A DNA stretch of 64,000 nucleotides from an uncultured Chthonomonadaceae bacterium (GCA_963835065.1 CAWIEK010000063.1:192001-256000), one strand, 5' to 3'; numbered from the stretch's first letter, positions 42,420 through 53,213 are shown. Numbers and translations are program-made. Notes: a model not told the origin generated them from the sequence alone.

Positions 42420-44162
42420 ATGTCGCTAATAACGCGATTGCTGCCGGACAACCCGGTGCTGACAAAAGAATTGCGCGTACGGATGCGGGGCGCGCGGGCG
42501 TACTGGGTAATGTTCGCGTACCTGGCGTTTTTGACGCTGGTGATGCTGTCTACATACTACCCCTGGTGGAGTAACGTCAACAGCACGGGCGGGGGCGGGG
42601 CGCAGTCTTCAGAAATGGGACAACAATTGTTCTATTCCATTCTGGTGACGCAGATATTCCTTGTCCTGTTCATTACGCCTGCCATTACGAGTGGGGCGCT
42701 GACGATTGAACACGAACAGCGCACGATGGACATGCTGACCCTCACGCGAATGCCGCGCCGCTCCATTGTCATCGGCAAATTACTGGCGGCGGTGTCGTTT
42801 ACATCGCTGCTGATTTTGACTTCCCTGCCGCTCATCTCCATTTGCTTTATGCTCGGCAGCATTGACCCCGCATTGGTACTGAGCGCGTATCTGGAAATGC
42901 TGCTCGGCAGTTTTCTCGTGGGCGCAATGGGCCTGATGTGGTCGAGCATTGCCCGCACCACAACCCTGGCCGTGATTTACACGTACCTGACGATGGTACT
43001 GATGTCCATGTTAGGGATGGCCGCGTTTGGATTTTCACAGGATCGCATGGGCGGCGACATCGCGCAGAATGTCGGACAGGCAATCGGCATGACGTGGTTC
43101 GGCAACCAGTTCTTCGGTTTTCAAGTGCTGGACGGCCTGGGCTTTGTGTTCATTTGCATCCTGGGCGGTATCTTGATGGCGACCACAGCGCGCGTTCGCC
43201 TGGAAACCTACCCGGAGCGCAAAGGCTATCTGCTGCGCGGCCTGACCCTGCTCATCCTCGGTTTGCAACTGTTGAGCGCCGATTTGTGGTGGCTGAATAT
43301 GTGGTATCATCGGGGAGGGCGCGCGATACAGGTGCAAATCAGTCCGCCAACCGGCATGTTGATGCTGACGGCGATTGTGCTGCTGCTGCTGATTCCCGCT
43401 TTTGCAACCGGCGAATTAAAGCCTTCTGAGGCGCGGCATTACGGCGCGTATCTGCTGCGGGGCTGGACGCCCAGAGGACTGATGCGCGCCAAATTGAATT
43501 CCGCGCTGCCGTTTCTGCTGCTGACGTGCCTGCTATGCGTGGGCATGTACGCGCTGGCATTCGGATGGGTGGGCAAAATCGGAGATGTCAGCCGGCCTGC
43601 GGTATCGTCCGCGCTTTCGGTGGGTGTACCGGCGCAGATGCCGCCTCAGATGGTCAACGGCAAGCCCGGTCCCCCGCCGAAGCCTGATCCGATTGTTGTT
43701 CGCGCCACAAGCCCGGACTATGCGGCGAAGATCGGCGGCTTTCCGCAAATCGCGCTGATGCTGCTGGCGGTGACGGCGGGCTATACGCTGTTTTGCCTGT
43801 TGCTGTCCATCGTTTTCCGTAACCGTTGGGTGTCCTGGGTGCTGGCGTACCTGCTGATTGTGGCCGTGTGGATCGTGCCGATTACCAGTCGGGGCAACGG
43901 CCAGAGCGTGAAAACGGGCATGATGGTCAACCTGTATTATCTCGACCCCTTGCAGGCCATTTACCAGATCACGGAGCCGCTCAGTTTTTACCAGTTCAAC
44001 CATTTTCTGAACATCAAGGAAGTGGCGATGTGGCGAGCCGTCAGCCTATCGTGGCTTGGCTTGGGATTGCTGTGCTTCCTGCTCACGCTGCCCTTCGTGT
44101 CCCGTGAACGCAAGCAGAACGGCGAGGACATCCCGTTTGAAGAAACGGTTGCGGATATGTAA
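42420..44162 (+). CDS. ABC transporter permease (extended)
   Basis: 'NPVLTKELRVRMRG', 'GALTIEHEQRTMDML', 'IVIGKL', many TM. Confidence 0.88.
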   Translation: MSLITRLLPDNPVLTKELRVRMRGARAYWVMFAYLAFLTLVMLSTYYPWWSNVNSTGGGGAQSSEMGQQLFYSILVTQIFLVLFITPAITSGALTIEHEQRTMDMLTLTRMPRRSIVIGKLLAAVSFTSLLILTSLPLISICFMLGSIDPALVLSAYLEMLLGSFLVGAMGLMWSSIARTTTLAVIYTYLTMVLMSMLGMAAFGFSQDRMGGDIAQNVGQAIGMTWFGNQFFGFQVLDGLGFVFICILGGILMATTARVRLETYPERKGYLLRGLTLLILGLQLLSADLWWLNMWYHRGGRAIQVQISPPTGMLMLTAIVLLLLIPAFATGELKPSEARHYGAYLLRGWTPRGLMRAKLNSALPFLLLTCLLCVGMYALAFGWVGKIGDVSRPAVSSALSVGVPAQMPPQMVNGKPGPPPKPDPIVVRATSPDYAAKIGGFPQIALMLLAVTAGYTLFCLLLSIVFRNRWVSWVLAYLLIVAVWIVPITSRGNGQSVKTGMMVNLYYLDPLQAIYQITEPLSFYQFNHFLNIKEVAMWRAVSLSWLGLGLLCFLLTLPFVSRERKQNGEDIPFEETVADM

Positions 44163-44191
44163 GTGGGATCGTTCAGATAAGTTCAGGTAAG

Positions 44192-44326
44192 CGCCGTGAG
44201 TTGAAACTCGCGGCTGTGATAACGAAGTCCGCCTTCGCGGACTCCATCGTAGAAAGATGATCTGTACCGCCTTGAGTCCGCGAAGGCGGACTTCGTTATC
44301 ACAGCCGCGCAATTTATTGCACGGGC
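44192..44326. repeat. REP-like doublet with 36-bp perfect inverted repeat
   Basis: CGCGGCTGTGATAACGAAGTCCGCCTTCGCGGACTC (44209-44244) and exact reverse complement (44274-44309). Confidence 0.9.
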
Positions 44327-44361
44327 TGAAATCTTGAATCTGGAACCGTAGGAATCGCTTC

Positions 44362-47277
44362 ATGTACACACCGATTTGGAACGCGGTTCGCAAGCATCTG
44401 GACGCCGAGCGGATGCAGGCCGATGTTGCCGAGTTCTTTGAATTTTCGCGCTGGTCTTCCTTTGATAAGATCGTTGGCCTGGCGCAATGTATCGCCGCGA
44501 AAATGGAAGACATAGGACTGGAAGACGCGCGGCTGATTGAGTTTCCTGCCGATGGCCGAACCGCGCATGGCGGCTGGATGATGCCCCGCGCTTACGATGT
44601 GCAGGCCGCGCGCCTGACATTACTTGGGTCAGGGACGGGAACGGACGCGGCAGACACGATTCTGGCGGATTATCATGCCAATCCCGTCAGTCTCATGCTT
44701 TACAGCCTGCCCACGCCGCCCGAAGGGATTACGGCGGAACTTGTTGTTGCCGACAAACCGGAAGACATGACAGCGGAGCGCGTGTCAGGCCGGCTTGTGC
44801 TGACTTCGGGAATCGGCGTGGAGTTTAGTCAGGCGGCGATGCGGTCGGGGGCGTTGGGAGTGGTAAGCGACTGCCGCAACGCGCACCGGGTTTTCAAGAA
44901 CGGTCCCGGAGTGGACACAAGCAATGAGTGGCACAACTACACCATTGCGCCCTGGGATGATGCCAACAAGGGCTTCGGGTTTTCGCTTTCACCGGAACGG
45001 GGGCGGGAATTGCGCGGACGGATTGCCGGGGGAGAGACGCTGCGTTGCCATGCCCTCGTGCAGACGCGCCATTATGACGGGATGCTGCCGGTTGTCAGCG
45101 GGCGCTTGCCGGGGGCGGAACCGGACGAGATCGTTCTGACCGGGCATTACGACGAGTTCGGGGCAGATGACAATTGTTCACAGGTCGCTGTTGCCCTCGA
45201 AGTATGCCGCGCCATTCGGACGATGCTTCAAAACGGCGAACTTCCTCCCTTGCGGCGGGCAATTCGCGTCCTGCTGCCGATGGAGGTGCGCGGCTTCAAC
45301 GCCCTGATACAAAACGACGCCGAAATCCGCCATATACGCGCCGGGCTGAATATAGATACGGTCGGCACGGATCAAAATCAGGTCACGTCCACCTGTACCC
45401 TGTCCGACAACTTTGTGGCTCTGCCCTCCTATGCGGAAGAGTTCGCGGCGGAACTGCTAGCGCGGATTGCGGAGGAAAATCCGCTGTTTCGCTGGCGTCG
45501 TACAGATGCCGAAACCATTGACAACATTTTTGGCGAACCATTGATCGGAGCGCCCACGCCGTCCATCTGGCACTTCAGCGCCACGCACCATCTGGCAACG
45601 GACACGCCGGATCGTATTTCTGGTCGGATGCTGACGGACATGGCCCGCGTAACGGCAACGTATGCCGCGTTCCTGGCAAACTCCCAATTGCCGGAAGCGC
45701 TCTGGCTGTCGGAACTGGTGTTGGAACAGGCCAATCGCCGCATCGGGGAACTTGCAATACGCAGTTTGCGGTACGAAGCGGAAGGGGCGCAGACCGAATC
45801 AATGAAAAGGCAGTTGGAAAGCGTTTACGAGCAGTACGCGCAGAAACTGGCTTCCCCAATTGCGCTGGTTCCGTCCCTGTCGTTTGTGCCCTGCGCGGAA
45901 CTCGCAAACGCGAACAGGCAGCATCTTGTCGGCGAAGACTACCTCTTGCCGCAGGAATTCTTTCAAGCCTGCGTTGCCGCCCTTCAATCGCAGTTGGAGC
46001 GCGTTCGTGACGAGACGATAGCGCGGATAGATCGCCGCAACGGGGAATTCTCAGGGAATCTCACGGCAATAACGGTTCCAGTCCGCGCAGGCGGACTTCG
46101 TTATCACAGCCGAGGAATTTATTCCCCGGACTCGAAAAGTAACGATTTAATTGTTGAAAACCCCTTACCTGCCGCCGAATCCGTTCCTCCGGCGTTTGCG
46201 GCAAACGCTACGCCTGCGCCCGCAAGCCGCTGCGTCCCGTTGAAAACTTTTCGGGGATTTGCCGCCTTTGAGGATTTGAATGCCGAAGACAGCGCCTACG
46301 TCCGCGACGTTTTGGAAATTTCCGGCGGATGGGGAGCGCCTTCGTGGGTGCAGAACGCGCTGATGTACGCCAATGGCAAGCGTACCGCCGGAGAAATCGC
46401 TTCTCTGCTGTGGCGTCATACCGGTCACGAACTGAATGTAGAGCGCCTGGAGCAAACCTTTGCCTTTTTTGCGAAGCGCGGCATGGTTCGTTTACGTCCA
46501 TACTTAACACAGGCCGAAATCAAGGCTGCTTTGGAACAGGCGGGGCTTGTAAGCGGCGATGTGGTGTTGGGGCATTTCGCTTTAAGCCGGTTCGGATACA
46601 TTGAGGGCGGAGCGGACGGCCTGATTGACACGCTGCTTTCCATCATCGGCGCGGACGGAACGCTCGTGATGCCGACGTTCACCTTTTCCTGGATTGGACG
46701 CCTGCCCTACGATCCGCAGGTTACGCCGTCAAGAGTGGGCGCGGTGACGAATTGCTTTTGGAAGCGGGAGGGCGTACTGCGCAGCGACCATCCCACGCAC
46801 TCGTTTGCCGCAATGGGAAAACACGCAGGGGATTTGCTGGCAGGCCATGACTATACCCGTTCGCCCCTCAGCGCGGACAGCCCGCTGAGTCGCCTTGCCG
46901 ATCTGGACGCGAAAATACTGCTGTTTTCTCCTCCGACAACCAACACGATGATGCACATCGGGGAGTACCGGGCGGGACTGCCGATGCAGGATTATCTCTG
47001 CCCGATTGTGGAAGACGGTACGCGGCGCGAGGTTGTCGTGCCCGATTGTCCCTGGCATGTGCGCTTTGCGCGGGCGTATGAGAAACTGTATGCGCGTGGA
47101 CAGGTGCAGGACGTTGCGTTGGGCGAGGAAATTGTGCGAACTATGCGCTGCCGGGATGCCATTGACGCGCAGGCCGAAGTGATGCGCGAAACACCCGAAT
47201 TACTGCTTCAACCGGGCTGTGATTGCCCCTATTGCCGACAACTAAAACAGTACCTGCATATTGACGCAGCGATGTGA
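44362..47277 (+). CDS. M28/DUF4910-like peptidase fused to AAC(3)-family N-acetyltransferase
   Basis: 'GHYDEFGADDNCS', 'PMEVRG', 'NIDTVG'; wHTH 'MYANGKRTAGEI'; AAC(3) 'GTLVMPTFT', 'RSDHPTHSFAAMG', 'NTMMHIGE'. Confidence 0.85.
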   Translation: MYTPIWNAVRKHLDAERMQADVAEFFEFSRWSSFDKIVGLAQCIAAKMEDIGLEDARLIEFPADGRTAHGGWMMPRAYDVQAARLTLLGSGTGTDAADTILADYHANPVSLMLYSLPTPPEGITAELVVADKPEDMTAERVSGRLVLTSGIGVEFSQAAMRSGALGVVSDCRNAHRVFKNGPGVDTSNEWHNYTIAPWDDANKGFGFSLSPERGRELRGRIAGGETLRCHALVQTRHYDGMLPVVSGRLPGAEPDEIVLTGHYDEFGADDNCSQVAVALEVCRAIRTMLQNGELPPLRRAIRVLLPMEVRGFNALIQNDAEIRHIRAGLNIDTVGTDQNQVTSTCTLSDNFVALPSYAEEFAAELLARIAEENPLFRWRRTDAETIDNIFGEPLIGAPTPSIWHFSATHHLATDTPDRISGRMLTDMARVTATYAAFLANSQLPEALWLSELVLEQANRRIGELAIRSLRYEAEGAQTESMKRQLESVYEQYAQKLASPIALVPSLSFVPCAELANANRQHLVGEDYLLPQEFFQACVAALQSQLERVRDETIARIDRRNGEFSGNLTAITVPVRAGGLRYHSRGIYSPDSKSNDLIVENPLPAAESVPPAFAANATPAPASRCVPLKTFRGFAAFEDLNAEDSAYVRDVLEISGGWGAPSWVQNALMYANGKRTAGEIASLLWRHTGHELNVERLEQTFAFFAKRGMVRLRPYLTQAEIKAALEQAGLVSGDVVLGHFALSRFGYIEGGADGLIDTLLSIIGADGTLVMPTFTFSWIGRLPYDPQVTPSRVGAVTNCFWKREGVLRSDHPTHSFAAMGKHAGDLLAGHDYTRSPLSADSPLSRLADLDAKILLFSPPTTNTMMHIGEYRAGLPMQDYLCPIVEDGTRREVVVPDCPWHVRFARAYEKLYARGQVQDVALGEEIVRTMRCRDAIDAQAEVMRETPELLLQPGCDCPYCRQLKQYLHIDAAM

Positions 47278-47334
47278 GCCGAGTTTCAAGTCACGAGTTA
47301 ATTAGAACGATATTAGTTTCAGGAGTAGCATACG

Positions 47335-47820
47335 GTGAACGATTTTCAATCCGTTCCGCCTGCGGTGGTTTCGCGTCCGGTCAGGCGGAATACGAGCAAA
47401 CTGTTGGGAATAGGTTGCGGTGGCTGCGGCATCCTGTTTCTGCTCGCGCTGATTGGTGCTGTCCACCTGTTTCAATCCGGTTCTCAGGCGGTTGAAGGCG
47501 CGGACAAGCAGGCGGACGTATTTCTGAAAACGCTGGAAAAACCGGATTATCAAGGCGCGTACAAACTGCTGTCCCCGCAAACGCAGGCCACGACGAAACC
47601 GGAAAACATTCAGGACGTGATGGAAGCGGTTCAAAAACGCAGAGGCGCGGCAACCAGCCACGAAAAACTGCCGGGCTTCAACATCAACACTTACAACGGC
47701 GTGACGCAGGTGCGTCTTGCGTATCAGGAACACTTTCGCAACGGCAACACCTCGGTACAACTCCTGCTCACTTCTGAGCAGGGCAACTGGAAGGTAACAG
47801 CCTTCGATTTTCAGTTTTGA
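47335..47820 (+). CDS. Hypothetical membrane-anchored protein
   Basis: RBS AGGAG + GTG; TM 'GIGCGGCGILFLLALIG'. Confidence 0.7.
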   Translation: MNDFQSVPPAVVSRPVRRNTSKLLGIGCGGCGILFLLALIGAVHLFQSGSQAVEGADKQADVFLKTLEKPDYQGAYKLLSPQTQATTKPENIQDVMEAVQKRRGAATSHEKLPGFNINTYNGVTQVRLAYQEHFRNGNTSVQLLLTSEQGNWKVTAFDFQF

Positions 47821-47848
47821 CGCCATGCACGGATAGGCGGAGAATACC

Positions 47849-49668
47849 ATGAGCCTCCAAACTCCACAACTTCAGATGAACCGTATGGGAGGAACGCGCG
47901 CATCCTCCGATGCCCTGAGCGCCAAACTGCAACAGGCGCGACGGCGCATCCGCAGCCTGATGCTGCTGCGCTTTGGGTCGCTCGGCCTGCTGCTGTCCGC
48001 TCTGACCGCGCTTGTGCTTGTCGGATTGGGCAAAACGCATGTTATCGAACTGGCTGCGCCCCCGATGTTAGGACTGCTGATCGGCGTTGGCGTTGCCATT
48101 GGCTTCGCGTTCGCCTTTTGGCCGCGCTTGACGGACGTGGATGTTGCAAAACTGACGGAACGCCGCGCCGACTTGAAGGAGCGTTTGAGCAGCGCAGTCG
48201 AGTTTCAGCATCAAGGGGTTGACGCAGCCGCCCCCTTCTTTAAGGAGCAATGGACGGACGCCAATGTCCACGCGCAGGGCATCAGCATCCCCGCCCTGTT
48301 TCCCGTTCGCGTTCCCCGTACCTTTTATGGCGGCCTGATCCTGGCACTGCTGCTGTTCGGCGCGTTTTTCCTGCCCAATCTGCCCGTGTTCTGGTCCAAA
48401 GAGCGCAAAAAGGATTTGGAAGATGTGAAAGTGGCGGCGATTGCCATCCAAAAGGTTGCGGAAGACACGGAAAAATCCGCCGATACGCAAAAACTGGACG
48501 AAGCCAAAAAAGCCGCGCAGGATGTGAAGGCGCTTACCAACAAAATGAAGATGGGCAAATTGGAAAAGAAGCCCGCCCTGCTTGCCATGTCCAAGCTGAC
48601 GCAGAAACTGGAGGAGCAAAAGCAGAAACTGGAAACCGGCCTGCCCAAAAAGTCTATGGACGATGCCGCCAAACAGTTCAAGCAGTCGCTGGACAAAATG
48701 CAGCAGGATGTGGAAAAGTCGCAGCAGGACAAGCAGGCTAACGCCGCCAAACCGCAAACCAAAAACGGCCAAAAGCCAATGGACAAAACCGCGCAGAACA
48801 ACCCCGCCAACAAGCCCAACGAAGCCATGAAGCAGATGCAGCAGGCGCTTCAAAAAATGCAGCAGGCCATGCAGATGAACGATACGTCGCAAATGCAGAT
48901 GGCGATGGAAAAGATGGCGCAGCAGATGCAGCAGAACGGGCGCAAATGACGCCGCAGCAAATGCAGCAGATGCAGCAGGCATTAGCCCAACTGTCGCAAG
49001 CCCTGCAAAATACGGAAATGCAGCAAATGTCGGAGCAGATGCAGCAGCTTGCGCAGCAAATGCAGCAGATGCAGGGGCAGATGTCGCCGGAGCAGATGCA
49101 GCAACTCGCGAACGCGCTCAAGAAAATGGCCGGCCTGGCAAAAAACCCCGGCAAAGGCATGGCAAAAGGCCAATTGGACGCCAAAGCGCTGGAAGAACTG
49201 TTGCAGGCGCTCAAGGATGGCAAGCTGACGATGTGCATGGGGCAGGGAAACAAACCCGGCTTCGGGGGCAAAGGACCGGGCAAAGGCTTCGGCGGGCAGG
49301 GCGACCTGAAAAACCCCATGAAAGACCCCGGCGTCACCAAAGCCGAACTGCTCGTCGCCAACAAAAGCCAGTGGAGCAAGGCAGCCGGCAAGCAGGGCGA
49401 CCCCAAGAAGTTTGCCGAGTACCTCGCCATGTCGTCCAAACCGTCCAAACACGCCCCGAACGGCATGGTGATGGGAACCCGGACGCAGCAGGGCGACGAA
49501 CTCCAACTCAACATGACTGGCGATCCCGACCCGACCCAGAGCAGCTCGCCCTACTACAAAGCCTACGAAACCAGCAAAAAGCAGGCGGAAAGCACCCTGG
49601 ACAAAGAAGCCGTCCCCGCCGCCTACAAAAAGCAGGTGAAGGATTATTTTGATAGTATTCATCCTTGA
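47849..49668 (+). CDS. Membrane-anchored Gln/Met-rich coiled-coil protein of a MoxR cluster (frameshift near 48940)
   Basis: TMs, 'LKERLSSAVEF', QM-rich coils, C-terminal 'VPAAYKKQVKDYF'. Confidence 0.78.
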
Positions 49669-49796
49669 AGTAGTCAGTAGTCAGTAGTCAGTAGTCAGTA
49701 GAGAACCTCCTTCTATTAGCTGGTGTCACAATGAACAAGACTTTGAGTAAGCAGGCATTTCTACTGACTACTGACTACTGACTACTGACTACTTCT
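49667..49796. repeat. Tandem-heptamer inverted repeat (AGTAGTC x4 / GACTACT x4)
   Basis: Stop codon to MoxR RBS. Confidence 0.93.
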
Positions 49797-49810
49797 CCGC
49801 AGGAGAACCA

Positions 49811-50818
49811 ATGCCCGCCATCGAACAGCAAACCGTCCAATTCAAAACAGATTTTGAGCGCGTCAAGAACGAGATACGCAAGGTGATTGTCGGCAATGAG
49901 CCGATCATAGACGGCGTGTTGATCTGCCTGCTGGCGGGGGGACACGCGCTGCTCGAAGGCGTACCGGGGCTGGGCAAGACCCTGCTCGTGCGGACGCTGG
50001 CGCAGGCCGTGCATCTCAAATTCGCCCGCGTCCAGTTTACGCCCGACCTGATGCCCGCCGATATTACGGGCACGAACATTCTGGCCGAAAACGCGGCGGG
50101 GCAGAAAGAATTCCGGTTTCAGGCCGGGCCGGTGTTTGCCAACATCGTGCTTGCCGACGAAATCAACCGCGCCACGCCCAAAACGCAGTCCGCCATGCTG
50201 GAAGCCATGCAGGAGCATAACGTGACCGTAGCCGGAACGCGGCACGGGCTGGACGAGCCGTTTTTCGTCCTGGCAACGCAGAACCCGATTGAAATGGAAG
50301 GCACGTACCCCCTGCCGGAAGCGCAGATGGACCGCTTTTTGTTCAAGCTGCTGGTGCTGTCGCCCACGTTTGAAGATATGTCCGCGATTGTGGATCGCAC
50401 GACGGGCATTGCGGCTCCGCCGATTGACGCCGTGATGGACGGCGCGACTATTCTGCAAATGCGGCAACTTGCGCGGGAAGTGCCGATTTCGCCGTCCGTG
50501 CGGGAGTTCGCCATCAAGGTCGTGTTGGGAACGCACCCCGATTCGGAACACGCGCCGCCGGCGATTCGGCAGTTCGTGCGCGTCGGAGCCAGTCCGCGCG
50601 GCGCGCAGGCGATTGTGATGACCGCCAAAATCAAAGCCTTGCTTGCCGGACGGTACAACGTCGCTTTGGAAGACATAGCCTCTGTTGCCCTGCCCGCCCT
50701 ACGCCACCGCCTGATTTTGAACTTCGAGGGCGAAGCCGAAGCCATCGCGCCCGACACGCTGGTACAAGCCATCCTCGACAAAGCCAAACTCGGAACCGAA
50801 GTAAAAGTAGCCGTGTGA
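49811..50818 (+). CDS. moxR: MoxR family AAA+ ATPase
   Basis: 'LEGVPGLGKT', 'QFTPDLMPADITG', 'LADEINRA', 'ATQNPIEMEGTYPLPEAQMDRF'. Confidence 0.95.
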   Translation: MPAIEQQTVQFKTDFERVKNEIRKVIVGNEPIIDGVLICLLAGGHALLEGVPGLGKTLLVRTLAQAVHLKFARVQFTPDLMPADITGTNILAENAAGQKEFRFQAGPVFANIVLADEINRATPKTQSAMLEAMQEHNVTVAGTRHGLDEPFFVLATQNPIEMEGTYPLPEAQMDRFLFKLLVLSPTFEDMSAIVDRTTGIAAPPIDAVMDGATILQMRQLAREVPISPSVREFAIKVVLGTHPDSEHAPPAIRQFVRVGASPRGAQAIVMTAKIKALLAGRYNVALEDIASVALPALRHRLILNFEGEAEAIAPDTLVQAILDKAKLGTEVKVAV

Positions 50819-50827
50819 GTAGACGCC

Positions 50828-51297
50828 ATGGAACCAATTAGGACAGCACAACCGTCCGATTACATCGCAGTAGTGCTGAAGCCTCACGAACTTGCCTATG
50901 CTCATGCCACAGGTGTGATGCGCTACCATGAGCGCGGCGGCTCGGATTAGCAAGTGGTTATGCTTCCGAGGAACGAGATAGAGAGTCTGCGGCGGCAGAA
51001 CTGGCGTTTGCCATTGCCCTTAATTTGAGCCGCCAACTCACCGTCAACAAATTCAAAGAGCCTGATATTGCCGGGTGGCAGGTTAGAAGTACAAGGTATG
51101 TGTTCGGATGCCTTGTAGTACGGCCTGACGATGCCGATGAGGAACCCTTTGTTCTGGCGCGAGGTACTGGAAGTGGTTGGGAGGTTGTTGGATGGCTGCG
51201 AGGCAAAGATGCGAAACAACTCCAATGGGCACGTAATCCGGGAGGCAAGGGGAGATGCTGGATGGTTCCCGCCTGGGAACTGTTACCTGTGAAGTGA
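50828..51297 (+). CDS. Phage-type hypothetical protein, possible PD-(D/E)XK-like nuclease (frameshift near 50930)
   Basis: ATG 50828; after the shift 'SAAAELAFAIAL...NKFKEPDIAGWQVRST...LVVRPDD...VGWLRGKDAK...WMVP'; lower GC. Confidence 0.55.
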
Positions 51298-51385
51298 ATG
51301 ATATAATCATTTTGAGTGTTTGTACACACCTGGCAAGAGCGCGAGGTGAAAACATAATCAACCATGATTTGGCTGGAGTCCCATA

Positions 51386-51598
51386 ATGACGGTAAAGACA
51401 GTTGAAAATCTGCAAACCCCTGTACCCGTGTCAGAAGAGGAGCTTTTGGAGGCAGAGGCGGCGGAGTATCTCGAATACTTGAATGAACGTGATACGCGCG
51501 TGAGACTGGCCCGCGAAAAGTACCCGGAAGAATACGCGGAGTATAAAAGACGCGAGTTAGAACTTGCCAACCGTATCGTTGCGTCAGAAGCAACATAG
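51386..51598 (+). CDS. Small acidic hypothetical protein
   Basis: RBS GGAG, 70-aa Glu-rich helical ORF followed by a terminator. Confidence 0.55.
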   Translation: MTVKTVENLQTPVPVSEEELLEAEAAEYLEYLNERDTRVRLAREKYPEEYAEYKRRELELANRIVASEAT

Positions 51599-51674
51599 AC
51601 CTGACACATTCCCAAACGCCTAAGTCCGCAAAGCCATACAGGAAGCGTCCAACAACCAGAGTAACAACTGTAAC

Positions 51675-51714
51675 ACGCCACTTTGCCATTAGAAAGCAGA
51701 GTGGCGTATTTTTT
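51675..51714 (+). terminator. Intrinsic terminator
   Basis: ACGCCACTTTGC-loop-GCAGAGTGGCGT + T tract. Confidence 0.75.
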
Positions 51715-51909
51715 ACGAAATTTATGTGGAAAAGAAGGAATCTATTTTGCGATCTGTGAATTATGGTATGCTAGTACAGTTACCGGCTTATGCAAGATGT
51801 TTGCAGGGAAAGGAGGTTTGTTTCCATTCTATTGATGAGTTCCGCCAAAACGTTGTTCCCGTTTGCATACGATGCCCTTACCGCATCGTTATATCGAAGG
51901 AGATAGGCA

Positions 51910-52707
51910 ATGGTACTTCGTTCCAAAAACGCATTCACCCTGATTGAACTGCTCGTGGTCATCGCCATCATCGCCATCTTGGCCGCTATTTTGTTCCCCG
52001 TCTTCGCGCAGGCGCGCGAAAAAGCGCGTCAGATTTCCTGCCTTTCCAATCTCAAGCAGTTGGGCACGGGCATGGCGATGTATACGCAGGATTTTGACGA
52101 AAATATGTGCGCCCCGTTCGTCGGCGCTCCGGGACCTCTCGCCCTCACCTGGGATCGGCTGATCCAGCCGTATGCCAAAAGCACCCAGATCATCACCTGC
52201 CCCAGTGACATTTACTCGCCGTCCGTAGATGTGGCGGGCGGCAAAATTGTGGCAGGCCGCATCCAGCGCTCCTACACCATGCCCACGCAGTTGGGATGGC
52301 TGTACTGGGATGGACAGAACAACGGCTATGGAAGCGTGTTCAGCGTTCCGCTCGCCAAGATCGGCTTTCCCACCATCACCTTCCAACTGTTCGAGCGCGA
52401 CAACTGCAACGGCATCGGCGGCGATTGGAACTGGTGTTCGGTCAGCGACGGCAGCAATGAATGGGCCTATCGGCACACCGGCCGCGCCAACCTCGTTTAC
52501 ATAGACGGCCATGCCAAAAGTTCTCCCCCCGGAGACCCCGCCAAGCAGAAGTACGCCATTCTGCCCGGCTATCGCTGCTGGCCGCACCGCGCCCCCAATT
52601 CCGCCATCCGGTTCACGGGCAACTGGCATGACATCATCCCCATACATGACGGCATAGACGCGACCTGTCCCGGCGGCACGGAGGGCGACCCGAATCCGCA
52701 GCCGTAG
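51910..52707 (+). CDS. Prepilin-type N-terminal cleavage/methylation protein (DUF1559-like, H-X9-DG)
   Basis: '[34 protein letters not shown]'; '[14 protein letters not shown]'. Confidence 0.92.
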   Translation: MVLRSKNAFTLIELLVVIAIIAILAAILFPVFAQAREKARQISCLSNLKQLGTGMAMYTQDFDENMCAPFVGAPGPLALTWDRLIQPYAKSTQIITCPSDIYSPSVDVAGGKIVAGRIQRSYTMPTQLGWLYWDGQNNGYGSVFSVPLAKIGFPTITFQLFERDNCNGIGGDWNWCSVSDGSNEWAYRHTGRANLVYIDGHAKSSPPGDPAKQKYAILPGYRCWPHRAPNSAIRFTGNWHDIIPIHDGIDATCPGGTEGDPNPQP

Positions 52708-52728
52708 TTCGTTCCGTGAAACCTTCTG

Positions 52729-52864
52729 TAAGAGCCTATCCCATCAGGCGCTGCGCTGAACTAAGCGGTAGGGCACTGAAAGTTCGTAGTTCCTGCATCT
52801 CTATCAACCACGAACTATCAACTATCAACTGCTTAGAGAATTGTCCTATGAGGATAGGCTCTAA
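52729..52864. mobile_element. MITE with IS5-family-like ends and TAA target duplication
   Basis: TAA|GAGCCTATCC...GGATAGGCTC|TAA; contains AACTATC heptamers. Confidence 0.75.
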
Positions 52865-52882
52865 GGCATGGGAGCCAAAAAC

Positions 52883-53185
52883 ATGAAACAAGAGATTCAT
52901 CCTATCGCGCTTGTCGGAGCTATCGTGGTCCTCGTCGCCTTGATTGCGGTGTTTGGCTACCGCGCTCTCCAGCCCGCGCCGTATACGCCTTCGCCCGGCG
53001 TGGTTGGCGGGAGCGGAGCCGTGCCGGGCAGTGTTCAAAAATCCGCGCGCCCGTCAACGCCTGAAGCGTCCGCCACGCCTGCCGCCACTCCTGCCGCCAA
53101 TGCGTCTGCGACCAACACAGCCACCTACTATCCCTCCGCTCCCCCCGGCTCCATTCCCGGCAAGCCGGTCAACAGCGGTCACTGA
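52883..53185 (+). CDS. Small membrane-anchored Pro/Ala-rich protein
   Basis: N-terminal TM 'IALVGAIVVLVALIAVFGY'; follows a prepilin gene. Confidence 0.7.
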   Translation: MKQEIHPIALVGAIVVLVALIAVFGYRALQPAPYTPSPGVVGGSGAVPGSVQKSARPSTPEASATPAATPAANASATNTATYYPSAPPGSIPGKPVNSGH

Positions 53186-53213
53186 GGGGAGTAAGAACCT
53201 ATCCCAGCAGGTT

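Noticed and set aside
46500..47277. Calling the AAC(3) domain an aminoglycoside resistance gene
   Set aside because: The fold is shared with non-resistance YokD-like enzymes; fused context, no mobile element.
48830..49110. CAGCAGATG-rich stretch as a DNA repeat element
   Set aside because: Codon-level consequence of a Gln/Met coiled coil.
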